Shown one piece after another: positions 11,294 through 23,094 of a stretch of 64,000 nucleotides of DNA. This DNA is from Octopus sinensis (lineage: Eukaryota). The notes under the pieces are model-generated. The model worked only from the letters and a program-made list of their open reading frames with translations, searched no databases and was not told where the DNA came from. The position numbers and the translations under genes were made by a program. The DNA lies in the NCBI RefSeq assembly GCF_006345805.1, contig NC_042997.1, positions 127,782,001-127,846,000 on the forward strand. The letters run 5' to 3'. Each line of letters starts with the position of its first letter. Within the stretch, counting starts at the first letter, position 1.

Positions 11294-11662
11294 ATAGGCG
11301 CAGGAGTGGCTGTGTGGTAAGTAGCTTGCTTCCCAACTGGGTTCCTTCCCACTGCGTGACACCTTGGGCAAGTGTCTTCTACTATAGCCACGGACCGACT
11401 AAAGCCTTGTGAGTCAATTTGGTAGACAAAAACTGAAAGAAGCCCGTCGTATATGTGTGTGTGTGTTTGTCATACCCCCAACATCGCTTGACAACCGATG
11501 CTGGTTTTTACGGCCCCGTAACTTAGCAGTTCGGCAAAAGAGACCGATTGAATAAGTACAAGGCTTACAAAGAATAAGTCTTAGGGTCGATTTGCTCGAC
11601 TAAGGGTGGTGCTCCAGCATGGCCGCAGTCAAATGACTGAAACAAGTAAAAGAGTTAAAGAG
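11294..11662 (+). mobile_element. SINE family A, full-length with a small deletion in the head
   Basis: ataggcgcaggagtggctgtgtgg...ggtgctccagcatggccgcagtcaaatgactgaaacaagtaaaagag. Confidence 0.95.
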
Positions 11663-12364
11663 TATATATATATATATATATACAAGACGTGTGTGTGTAT
11701 ATATATAAGACACATACACATATACATATAAGTGTAGGTGTGAGTGAGCTACGTGTGTGTGTGTGTGTGTTGTGTGTGTGTGTGTGTGTGTTTGTGTGCG
11801 TGTGTCTGTGTGTGCGTGCGTGCGTGTGCGTGTGTGTGTGTGCGTGCGGGCGTGTGCGTGTTTGTGTGTATTTGCTGTTCCCCACCGCTTGATAGCCGGT
11901 GTTGGTTTTGGAAAATTGCTATAGATCAATATGTCACGGCATTATAGGCTCACTGCTTGTCCTATATCAGCATACAAGTGACTGATAGTAATAATGGAGA
12001 GGAGAAATATTAGCGACCACTTAATAGCAGAAGATAAAGTGTACAAAATATGAGTTTACTGATGTAAATGCCAAGCTCTTGAAAGAAAAATCAATGTAGG
12101 AAGATTGGAAAAAGTGAAAGGTACGGGTCTAATGGAGAAATAAGTAAACTTGACATGCTTATAACGTCTACTTTTACATATATTTTATCATACCTTGATA
12201 CTGTGTGGGCTGGGTTCGCCATTGACGGGTTTGTGATATTAAATAAAGAGTTTAACACTTATACTAAGCAAATTATTAGTTCCAACTCTCTGGAACTACT
12301 GGATTTAATGTGTACTTAAACAGATTGGCAATTTGCTTTTCTGCAATTGGTCAAGTGATATAGA

Positions 12365-12410
12365 TACTTCTGATGAGGCCCCTATAACGGTCGAAAATAG
12401 ATTAAGGCTG
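12365..12410 (+). ncRNA. Degenerate minimal hammerhead-ribozyme-like motif
   Basis: CTGATGA-ggcc(cctataac)ggtc-GAAA; stem II pairs with one G-U; stems I and III are weak. Confidence 0.35.
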
Positions 12411-12834
12411 TTTGTCACTTTTTCAATCTATGGAGAATAGTTAAATTCGACACGTATGTATGTCTGCTATGCAGGTTTACATATATCTATATAAGTTATG
12501 AACATGATATTAAAGACTACTCCAGGACCGTCTGAAGGGATGGGTTCACGTGTCAAGGGGACCAATTCTTATCTATGTATGTTGTGGATTGCTGTCAATG
12601 AATACTATACGGCCCGGTGCTTTGATTTGCTCGTGAGGACCCTGCAATGCTGCTAAGGCGGCTCTGGTTTACCCCATGACTGGAAGACAAAATTATTGGC
12701 GTATCATTGAGTTATAGCAGATTTTATTAGATTGCACATGTAGCAATGAAGAACAAAATTTTTCCTTCTCTCAGGAATAAACAATTGTATATTCTATGGT
12801 GATTCACTGTATTCTTTATTCCATTAAACTGAAT

Positions 12835-13829
12835 TACTCCGAAAGATAAAATTACATTGTGGTTACAAAATAAAGGAGATGTTTCCAGATGTGTTCGTTA
12901 CTGAGAAGATCAAATTAAGCCGAAACACCGACGAAACACTGTCGATCCGCCGATGATATTATGAGTGCGCTCTGATGTTAACATACAAGCCTCTTTGAGA
13001 AGTTTTTCTGGAAAACAATATTACAGCTAGCATCGTTCCACGTTTCTATATACAAGACACATCATTATTCTAACCTAATACTGTTCCAAGTGCGTTTGTT
13101 AATTTAAAAGAAAGTAAATTACGCTGGGCAAAATAGACATTGAACCCTGGAGCTGCTAAAAAAATAGACGTAGCATTAAAGAAAGCTGAAACCTAGGTGA
13201 TATAGAAATAATTGAGAGTTGGAAACATCTAAATCAATATAAAACAACACAATTGCAAATTGAGTGTGTGCGTGTGTGTGTGTGTGTATGCGTGTGTGAG
13301 TGTGTGTGCGTGTGTGCGTGTGAGTGTATGTGTGTGTGTGTGTGTGTGAGTGTGTGTGAGTGTGTGCGTGTGTGTATATGTGTAGTACAGTTACTGTCAA
13401 GAAAGATTCGAAACACAAGGCGCAAAAATAAAACAGTAATTTATGATATAACGTCTGTTATATTCCTCCAAAAGTGTAAATTGGCGAGGCGGTGACCTGG
13501 AAGTATCGTTTTTACGTCTGATAAAATGATTAGTGACATTTCTTCTGGGGTTTTGCGTCTGGGTTAAAATGCCAATGAAGTCGATTCTGTGTTTTATCTT
13601 TTTTACTGTACCAATTGAACACTGGGTTCGATCTATTGATAAAGTCTTGAACAGAAGGGTTAATAGTAGCAACCAAGGACAAACACTTCAAAGTCTGACA
13701 TTATCTAAAACTACTCCGAAAGATAAAAATACATTGTGGTTACAAAATAAAGGAGATGTTTCCAGATGTGTTCGTTACTGAGAAGATCAAATTAAGCCGA
13801 AACACCGACGAAACACTGTCGATCCGCCG
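12835..13829. repeat. 118-bp near-perfect direct repeat (12835-12952 and 13712-13829)
   Basis: One mismatch between copies by direct comparison. Confidence 0.95.
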
Positions 13830-14089
13830 GCTCAAAAAGAAACTCATAAATTACACCCGCTGACTACAGGGAGCATTTTGTGAAACAATTAAGCACAGAA
13901 CCGTTTCTCAGGGTACTCGTCACTCTCCTGCAACCACAATTACGTCTCTCTTCCAAATAGTCCGAGGTCGAAAATACGACAGACACACACATACATATAC
14001 ATATACATATATATATATATAATATATATATATATAATATATATATATATATATTATATATATATATTATATATATATTATATATATAT

Positions 14090-14121
<32 letters not shown>

Positions 14122-14286
14122 CGATGGGTTTCTTTCAGTTTCCGTCTACCAAATCCACTCACAAGGCTTTGTTCAACCCGAGGCTATAGTAGCAGACACT
14201 TGCCCAAGGTGCAACTCAGTGGGACTGAACTCAGAAACATGTAGTTGGTAAGCAAGCTAATTACCACAAAGCCACTCCTGCGCCTT
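14122..14286 (-). mobile_element. SINE family A 5' half
   Basis: ctttcagtttccgtctaccaaatccactcacaaggc...ccactcctgcgcc. Confidence 0.92.
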
Positions 14287-14288
14287 TC

Positions 14289-14289
<1 letters not shown>

Positions 14290-14319
<30 letters not shown>

Positions 14320-15267
14320 CATACATACATACATACATACATACATGCATACATACATACATACATACATACATAGATACATACATATATACATACATAC
14401 ATACATACATACATACATACATACATACATACATACATACATACATGCATGCATACATACATACATACATACATGCATACATACATACATACATACAAGC
14501 ATACACACATACATACATACATACATACAAACATACATATATACATACATACATACATGCATGCATACATACATACATGCATACATGCATACATACATAC
14601 ATACATACAGGCATACACACATACATACATACATACATACATACATGCATACATACATACATAAATACATACATACATACATACATGCATACATACATAC
14701 ATACATACATACATACATACATACATACATACATACATACATACATACATGATGATGGTAGTGTCTCGTTGTCTGTGAAAGACGGTTCTGGATTTTCTTG
14801 CTGGACGACTTGCACAAATGATTTGTTTATTGTGATCAAACGTATGTCCTTTACATTCGCTCACTCCCTCCATCAAATCGACGTTGCCTGAACTGGTGCA
14901 CAGTGTACCACAGGTCAGGTGTCGAAGCGATCGCAGAGTAACTTGAGGTGAAGTGTTTTGCTCAAGAACACAACCAGATCCAGCAATTGAAACCGCGATC
15001 TTTTAATTGTGGATGCAACGCCATAATCACCAGGCCACGCACCTTCAACATACATACACACACATACATATGGACACATACATAGATGCACACATACATA
15101 CGCACATACATAAATAATACATACATAATACATTCATACTTACATAACATACATACATACATACATACATACATAACATACATACATACATACATACATA
15201 CATACATACATACATGCATACATTCATACTTACATAACATACATACATACATACATGCATGCATACA

Positions 15268-15299
<32 letters not shown>

Positions 15300-15430
15300 G
15301 TCATACATACATACATACATACATACATACAGCATACATACATACATACATACATACATACATACATACATACATACATACATGCATACATACATACATA
15401 CATACATACATACATACATACATACGTACG
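14290..15430. repeat. (CATA)n microsatellites (14290-14750 and 15050-15430)
   Basis: Direct inspection; source of the MYVC/HTYI pseudo-ORFs. Confidence 0.95.
14752..15047 (-). mobile_element. CORE-type tRNA SINE (family C-like)
   Basis: Minus strand reads gaaggtgcgtggcctggtg...gatcgcggtttcaattg...tgtgttcttgagcaaaacactt. Confidence 0.7.
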
Positions 15431-15544
15431 TAGAAACAATCGAATAAATCGCTATTTTTACTGGCAGCTTATCAAGCATTACAAAATGGATACCAAAGAA
15501 AAACAGCAACGAGATAATCCTGAAAAGGTTAGCTGGCCATTCAT

Positions 15545-15730
15545 ATTCTTGATGATATGGTTGTTTAATCACAGGTCAGTTCTAATCGATTGAGCAGGCT
15601 TACGATCAAAGGTGTTCCAGTAATAGCCTTGCTGTTTTTTATCATTATTATTTGTCCTTCCTAAAACTGTGATTTCAGAGGTATTTCGTTGCTAGCAGAT
15701 CGAATGAATGTTTAGAGACTTACTCGCTGA
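15545..15730 (-). repeat. Unclassified interspersed repeat family D
   Basis: Motifs gctagaaatagcagc / ggaatgcctttgatcatagg / ggctaaacaacaac recur at 24090, 29130, 40850, 41060, 41540, 47870, 55205, 61575 and 62085. Confidence 0.6.
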
Positions 15731-15827
15731 ACAAGTTGTAAGGTTTAACAACACCGCAGAACATAGAGACAAATTCATATAACCTTAAAAGACCACAAAA
15801 GCCGAACGTGTCCTACGACTGTAATGT

Positions 15828-15892
<65 letters not shown>

Positions 15893-15900
<8 letters not shown>

Positions 15901-16291
15901 TTGTTTCAGTCATTTGCTGGAGCACCGCCTTTAGTCGAGCAAATAGACCCTAGGACTTATTCTTTATATGCCTAGTACTTATTTATTCTATCGGTGTATT
16001 TTGCCGAACCGCTAAGTTACGGGGACGTAACACACCAGCATCGGTTGTCAAGCGATGTTGGGGGGACAAACACAGACACACAAACGTATTCACACACATA
16101 CATACATATATATATATATACACATATATACAACGGACGGGCTTCTTTCAGTTTCTATTTACCAAATCCACTCACAAGGCTTTGGTTGGCCCGAGGCTAT
16201 AGTAGAAGACACTTGCCCAAGGTGCCACGCAGTGGGACTGAACCCAGAACCATGTGGTTGGTAAGCAAGTTACTTACTACACAGCCACTCC
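15893..16291 (-). mobile_element. SINE family A, full copy with (CT)n at its tail
   Basis: cttttacttgtttcagtcatttg...cacagccactcct. Confidence 0.95.
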
Positions 16292-16394
16292 TAAATGTTA
16301 AATCAAGTTTCAGGAATATATCAATCAAGGATACGGAAAATATAATAAAAGCTCTCTAAATACAAAATATATATATATATATATAAATAGTAGA

Positions 16395-16650
16395 TAACCA
16401 CATGGATCCGAGTTCAGTCCCATTACGTGGCACCTTCGGCAAGTGTCTTTTACTAAACCCTCGGGCCGACCAAAACCTTGTGAGAGTGTTTGGTAAACAG
16501 AACCTGAAAGAAGCCCGCCATACATATGTACGTGTCTGTGTCTGTCTTTTTTTCTGTGTTTGTGACCCACCACCACATGACAACTTAGCGGTTCGCCAAA
16601 GGAAACGACAGAGTAAGTACCAGGCTTTACAAATAGTTAGTCTATTGACT
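16395..16650 (+). mobile_element. SINE family A, diverged partial copy
   Basis: accacatggatccgagttcagtcccattacgtggcaccttcggcaagtgtc. Confidence 0.8.
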
Positions 16651-16738
16651 AATAAGTACTAGGGCCAATAGATAAATAGATACGTACATGTAAGTATGCA
16701 TACATATATGTATGGGTATGACCAATGGACCGATTAAT

Positions 16739-16974
16739 ACCTATTTCTTTACTACCCACAAGGGACGAAACACAGAGAGGACAAACAAGGACAGACAAAC
16801 GGATTAAGTCGATTACATCGACACCACTGCGTAACTGTTACTTAATTTATCGACCCCGAAAAGATGAAAGGCAAAGTCGACCTCGGCGGAATTTGAACTC
16901 AGAACGCAGCGGCAGCCGAAATACCGGTAAGCATTTCGCCCGGCGTGCTAACGATTCTGCCAGCTCGCTGCCTT
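16739..16974 (-). mobile_element. SINE family B monomer with a 13-bp TSD
   Basis: tggaccgattaat at 16726-16738 and 16975-16987. Confidence 0.95.
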
Positions 16975-17327
16975 TGGACCGATTAATTCCATCGAATCCA
17001 AAGCCGCTTGGTTACAAAACTGACGTCTTAACCACGTTGCCACGTAATTATCTCATCATTTTTTTTTTTTTTTTGCTTCATTATCACTATCTACATTCTG
17101 ATTATCTCTTCAATTGATTCCTCCACTATTGCATGCACTCAATATGTGTGAAATAATGTTGTGTGTCTGGACAGTCCGGGTTCAATTCCCACTGGTGTCA
17201 GTTTTGCTTTTCCACTATCGAGGAATCTGTAAAATAAACACTAGACATCTGTTGAGGTCGATTAAATCAACTTATGTTCCTCCCACAAAATTTGTAGCCT
17301 TTGGCTAAAATCAGAAATCAATATTCC

Positions 17328-17329
<2 letters not shown>

Positions 17330-17361
<32 letters not shown>

Positions 17362-17676
17362 TATTATTATTATTATTATTATATTATTATTATTATGTGA
17401 TTTATTGTGTATTTGTGTTCTTTTCTGTTTCTTCTTTTTTTTTCTATGCCATACCGCACTATTAAGTCAACTTTGATTATTGGCTATGTTCCCATAACAT
17501 AACAATAACAACGTGACCGTGTGGTGTGAATGTGTGTGTGTATGTGTGTGTGTGTGTGAGTGTGTGCGTATGATTATGTTTTGAACACAGTTCCATTTTG
17601 TTAATTTTTAAAGTTTTGACTGATATCGTAGTTTATTTGACGTTCATTATAATTCACCCATAGATTATTATTATTA

Positions 17677-17730
<54 letters not shown>

Positions 17731-17741
17731 TATTATTATAA

Positions 17742-17772
<31 letters not shown>

Positions 17773-17900
17773 TTATTATTATTATTATTATTATATTATT
17801 ATTATTATAAATATTATTATTATTATTATTATTATTATCATTATTATTATTATTACCAACATCATCATCATAATCATCGTCGTCATCGTCGTCGCCATAT
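17330..17900. repeat. (ATT)n/(ATC)n microsatellites
   Basis: Direct inspection. Confidence 0.9.
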
Positions 17901-18816
17901 GATAGAATTATCCTCATAATGTGTTTATTCTAAGAGAACTATACTTTCTGTAGCGTCTGGGTTGGAAATTTGCTTTTATGTAATAAACCAGGAAACGCCA
18001 GTTACTTTTTTGGAACCTCCCACGTCTTTTTGGTATCTCAATTATAATTATTTATGGTGTATACGTGTGGTTTTTGCCAAAAGTTTATCATATTGTGCTC
18101 TGTGTCCTCCGCCCCATTTCCTCAGCTGACAACACAATATTCTTCTTGTTTTCCTGCAGGCCATTCAGCACTTCCACCCAGTTATTGGTAATTGTTTGGA
18201 CAATCATGAATTTCAGGTGCTCCCATGGGAGGCTGGAACTTTTTTCGTAGGGAACTTTCAAGCGTTTTGCGTTCGGTAATCATTAGTTTGTTTTTTTTTT
18301 GGTTTTTTTTTTTTTGGTTTTTTTTTGTCTTTCTGTCCGTGACAGCTTCTCACATTTTTCCAGGATATTTCTCTTTTCTGTCGCCACAAAATAATAGAAT
18401 ATAACTAAACCATCCTGTGTCTGTAGTCAGCATTGTACTAGAATAGAAGACCTCCTGCCTCCACCACTACCACCACCACCACCACCACCACCACCAGTTT
18501 CTCGGTTCCCTATCTCGTTGGCCTCTGATGCCGATCTTACTAGCCCTGAAGTGATTTTATTTAACCCTCTTTCTGCTCTATTTATACTCGGAGCTTCGGA
18601 TGTTGGTGTTGTTGACAGCAAGGAAGCAGTAACCATAGTCTTCTGCAACTATGTTTCCGCTCCCTCCCATCTTTTTCCCCTTTTCCCTATCTGTAGGTCA
18701 TCACGTGGTTCAGGTTCCTATTAAAGCTGTCACAAGATTTCGAGTGAAAGTAGCAAAATGGGTAAACTAAAATTAACTAATCCCCACAAAATGTAACAAA
18801 ATAAAATGAAAATATA

Positions 18817-19130
18817 AATTAAGTACCAGTTACGCACTGGGGTCGATGTAATCGACTTAAACCCTTTTGTCTGACCTTGTTTGTCCCCTCTGCGTTTAGC
18901 TCTTTGTGGCCAATTAAGAAATAAGAAACGTTAGCACACCGGGCGAAATGCTTAGTAGTATTTCGTCTATCTTTACGTTCTGAGTTCAAATTCAAAGGTC
19001 GACTTTGCTTTTCATCCTTTCGGAGTCGATAAATTAAGTACCAGCTGCGTACTGGGGTTGATCTAATCAACTACCCCCCCCCCTACGCAAAACAATTTCG
19101 GGCCTTGTGCCTAGAGTAGAAAAGAATATC
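18817..19130 (+). mobile_element. SINE family B tandem (tail-1 unit joined to a head-truncated unit)
   Basis: Junction aagaaataagaa|acgttagcacacc; second tail ccttgtgcctagagtagaaaag. Confidence 0.9.
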
Positions 19131-19139
19131 TTTCCTTTG

Positions 19140-19520
19140 TGAAAGCGCATGGCTTAGTGGTTAGGGTATTCGGTTCACTTCGTAAGGTCGTGAGTTCAAT
19201 TCTTGACAAGACGTTGTGTCCTTGAGCAAGATATTTGCCCCTCTCCACTCATGTTGCTCTAGTTCACTCACCTGGCAAAAACGAGTTGTAACTGTAATTC
19301 AAGGTGCCAGCCTTGTAACATTCTGTGTCACGCTGAATCTCCTTGAGAACTGCAATAAGGGTATGCGTGTCTACTTGCACATTAATTAAGGGTATGCGTG
19401 TCTACTTGCACACTAATTAAGGGTATGCGTGCCACTTGCACGTTAATTTTACGAACAGGATTTTCCGTTGATGAGATAAATTGGAACATTCGTCGTCGCA
19501 ACCGACGGAGTGCCAGTATC
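19140..19520 (+). mobile_element. CORE-type tRNA SINE family C with an internal 31-bp triplication (19356-19447)
   Basis: gcgcatggcttagtggttagg head, gtgagttcaattc B-box, ttgtgtccttgagcaag CORE, tail cgtcgtcgcaaccgacggagtgcc. Confidence 0.85.
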
Positions 19521-19652
19521 CTTTCTTTGCCATCTACATCCTTTTACAAGTCATTTCCCTTTCTTCGTCTTTTTACCCCATTTTTTGAGATGGCTTCCAT
19601 TTCGTGCAATTTGTTTCAAGGTAGTTTTTTGATGCATAAAGTTTGTATAACT

Positions 19653-20085
19653 CTCTTTTACTCTTTTACTTGTTTCAGTCATTTGACTGCGGCCATGCTG
19701 GAGCACCACCTTTGGTCGGGCAAATCGACCCCAGGACTTATTATTTGTAAACCTAGTAGTAAGCCTTATTCTATCGTTCTCTTTTGCCGAACCGCTAAGT
19801 TACGGGGACGTAAACACACCAGCATCGATTGTCAAGCGATGTTGGGAGGACAAACACAGACACACAAACATACACACACACACACACATATATAGATAGA
19901 TAGATAGATATATACATATATACGACGGGCTTCTTTCAGTTTCCGTCTACCAAATCCACTCACAAGGCTTTGGTCGGCCGAGGCTATAGTAGAAGATACT
20001 TTCCCAAGGTGCCATGCAGTGGGACTGAACCCTGAACCATGTAGTTGGTAAGCAAGCTACTTCCCACACAGCCACTCCTACGCCC
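19653..20085 (-). mobile_element. SINE family A, full copy
   Basis: cttttacttgtttcagtcatttgactgcggccatgctggagcacc...gccactcctacgcc. Confidence 0.95.
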
Positions 20086-20089
20086 TAGA

Positions 20090-21990
20090 AGTTCATAGGA
20101 AAGTTTTCAATGAAAGCGATTTTTTCTTAGATATTAATCAATACAGAAACTATTATTTCAGTACCAGTTGAAGAAGGGAGCAGTGATTGGAAATTTATCA
20201 TTGATTTTGGCAGTCAAGATAAAGATGTTTATCCCCTCACTTTTCATGGAAAATGTACTAAAATCTTTCTCGCTCCTTTTCTGAAACCATCTTGTAATGT
20301 AAGTTTTCTCTCTCCAATTTTGGCAGCAAATGGTCTAATTTACTGTAAAGATCCTTGAGAAACTGTGACCAGAGTATAAAACAAAATCGTTGATTCATTT
20401 ACTTTGCAAGCCAAACACGAAAATCATTGGCTTTTTACTTCTAAGCTCTTGAAGCTCATTCAGAAGAAATTTCCTCTTTATTTTCCTAATAAATACTTTC
20501 AACTTTGGCACCACGATAAATGCCATTGGTGTTAAATTAAGCTGAAGAATTAGCAGCATTGATCTTAGGGACATCATTATTCCTTAGAATTTCTTTCTGA
20601 ATGAAATCACTAAGAATTCCTTTAAAACTCAACTTAATAGCGTTCCTAAGTTTGAGAATTCCAGAACCATCTACTTGAAATTTTATAGGGATCTTATTTA
20701 CGCCCGGCAATATTATTAGAAAATATTGGAACGTTTTCATATTCTGCTAAACACCTCGGTCAGTTTGACAAATATCAACATTCACACTTTGCTTAATTCT
20801 TCTAAATAATCTGGTACTTCTGGACAAACCTTTGATACCCGTAAAGTGCATTCAAGGCTAAGCACACTGTGCATATCAAGAGAGATAAGTGTGTTTGCAT
20901 TAGTAAATGTTAAACATCCATTTTCTGGTCCATCATAATAGGCATTATCACTTACAAAGCCGATAAGGTTATTAAACGGAATACATTCTTGTTTAAAGAA
21001 AGATTCAATGGAATTATAAATTCTCTGAACAGTGCTATCTTTAATCTCATTATTCTGTATAGTAATCATAATTCCCAGATACCAACACAAGTTACTTAAA
21101 AGTAAATACGTCGGTTGTTTTATCTAAAATTGAGAAACTTTTGTTTCTGCAATTGAGAAATAAGATTGTCAAAATACGTAATACCGATAATATTACATGG
21201 GTTTAGCAATTTGGGAATCAGGGTAGATATTTCTTATTTCTTTATTGCCCACAAGGGGCTACACATAGAGGGGACAAACAAGGACAGACAATGGGATTAA
21301 GTCGATTACACCGACCCCAGTGCGTAACTGGTACTTAATTTATCTACCCCGAAAGGATGAAAGGCAAAGTCGACCTCGGCGGAATTTGAACTCAGAACGC
21401 AGCGGCAAACGAAATACCTACTTTTTCTTTACTACCCACAAGGGGCTAAACATAGAGAGGACAAACAAGGACAGACAAACGGATTAAGTAGATTACATCG
21501 ACCCCAATGCGTAACTGGTACTTAATTTATCGACCCCGAAAGGATGAAAAGCGAAGTCGACCTCGGCGGAATTTAAACTCAGAACCTAACGGCAGACGAA
21601 ATACGGCTACGCATTTCGCCCGGTGTGCTAACGTTTCTGCCAGCTCGCCGCCTCGTAGATATTTCTAATGAGGCTAACTAGATGATATGTTCTAAAGCCA
21701 AATTATACTCTGCAATTAACGCACATACATTTTCATTTCTCTTGCTGCTACTTGAACTACCTGAAAGGAAAAAATGACGAGCCTTTATAAAGTTTCTTTA
21801 AAAGTCTGTTTTCCGAAGATAATGGCTTTGAATGATTTTCTATCTTTACGATGCCTTTCCAACAATGTTACACGTCCCACAATTTTACGGATATGTACTT
21901 TGCACATAACTGTATGTATTTTACAATCAGACTCTTGGTTTTCCCTTCGTTTTCCATCGAGAACGCCCAGGAAAATAGCATGAACATTGA
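20090..21990 (-). mobile_element. Decayed hAT-superfamily transposase, interrupted by a SINE-B dimer
   Basis: Minus-strand remnants in order: BED-like CKV...LLERH, LIAE.NL...EI-PDSQIAK (split by the SINE), LDKTTD, IPFNNLIGFVSDNA, YLEEL, FKGILSDFIQKEIL. Confidence 0.75.
21235..21654 (-). mobile_element. SINE family B heterodimer with a 12-bp TSD
   Basis: gtagatatttct at 21223-21234 and 21655-21666. Confidence 0.95.
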
Positions 21991-22377
21991 TCAACGCAAA
22001 ACGTCGGAAATGATCAGGTGAACATTTTATGATATTTGTTAATCCAGGGAGTGAAAGAACAGGAGCATTCAAGATCAGATTTCACTATACTAGAGTAAGA
22101 TACTACTTCTACTACTACCACTACTACTACTACTACTACTGCTACTTCTACTACAACTACTAGAGATGTTACTTTCTTATTCGATACCAGAATAAAAGAA
22201 AAAGAAAACGAGAAACCTGGAAATTTGAAACTGCAGAGATGTTATGGTAATTCCTGTTATGATAGAATCACATGAAAATACTTTCAAATGGCTCTCTCTG
22301 GTCAACATAACAATTAAATTAGTGACATTATAGAAAGTTTGTCTTCTGAGTAAAGCCAGAATCTTATGATATAGATG

Positions 22378-22797
22378 AAGGCCACGAGCTGGCAGAAACA
22401 TTTGCACACCGGGCGAAATGCTTAGCGGTATTTCGTCTGCCGCTACGTTCTGAGTTCAAATTCCGCCGAGGTCAATTTTGCCTTTCATCCTTTCGGGGTC
22501 GATAAATTAAGTACCAGTTACGCACTGGGGTCGATATAATCCTCTTAATCCGTTTGCCTGTCCTTGTTTGTCCTCTCTGTGTTTAGCCCCTTGTGGGTAA
22601 TAAAGAAATAGGAATTTCGTCTGCTGCTACATTCTGAGTTCAAATTCCGCCGAGTTCAACTTTGCCTTTCATCCTTTCGGGGTCGATAAGTTGAGTACCA
22701 GTTACATATTGGGGTCGATGTAATCGACTTAATCCCTTTGTCTGTCCTTGTTTGTCCCCTCTATGTATAGCCTCTTGTGAGCAATAAAGAAATAAGA
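22378..22797 (+). mobile_element. SINE family B heterodimer with a degenerate 16-bp TSD
   Basis: agaatcttatgatata (22358-22373) and agaaccttacgatata (22795-22810). Confidence 0.93.
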
Positions 22798-23094
22798 ACC
22801 TTACGATATATGCTGAATATCTGAAGATATGAGGAATAACTTGATGTCTAGCAAACAAAACCGGTAGAATTACCAAAATTATTGCTGTACTGCCAGTGTC
22901 TTTAGAGCATCGGACAAAATGCTTTGCCGCATTTGTTCTCAATCTTTTACGTTTTCAGTTGGAGTCAGCTTCAGTTGTCATCTCTCGGGATCGATAACTA
23001 AAGACCCAATCATACACTGGGGTTGATGGTGCCGACTAATTCCTTACTCTCAAAGTTACTGACCTCGTGTTTAAATAAGACACTATCATTAACA

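Noticed and set aside
14257-15593. Long ORFs (up to 195 aa) of MYVC/HTYI repeats; similar ones at 6327-6827, 34723-35412, 50204-50937 and 63105-63820
   Set aside because: Translations of microsatellites that lack stop codons; no domain content.
15994-16359. Recurring peptide ...GLLSVSVYQIHSQGFGRPEAIVEDTCPRCHAVGLNPEPCGW (also 38369, 44769, 54175, 61219)
   Set aside because: Antisense reading of SINE family A, not a gene family.
16725-17117. Recurring peptide RPRKDERQSRPRRNLNSER (also 2694, 18819, 24261, 32166)
   Set aside because: Antisense reading of SINE family B.
18140-18720. Possible host exons after ttcttcttgttttcctgcag (about 18140-18160) and cttttccctatctgtag (about 18680-18696)
   Set aside because: No consistent frame or recognisable protein; such acceptor-like strings are frequent by chance. 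Needs RNA-seq.
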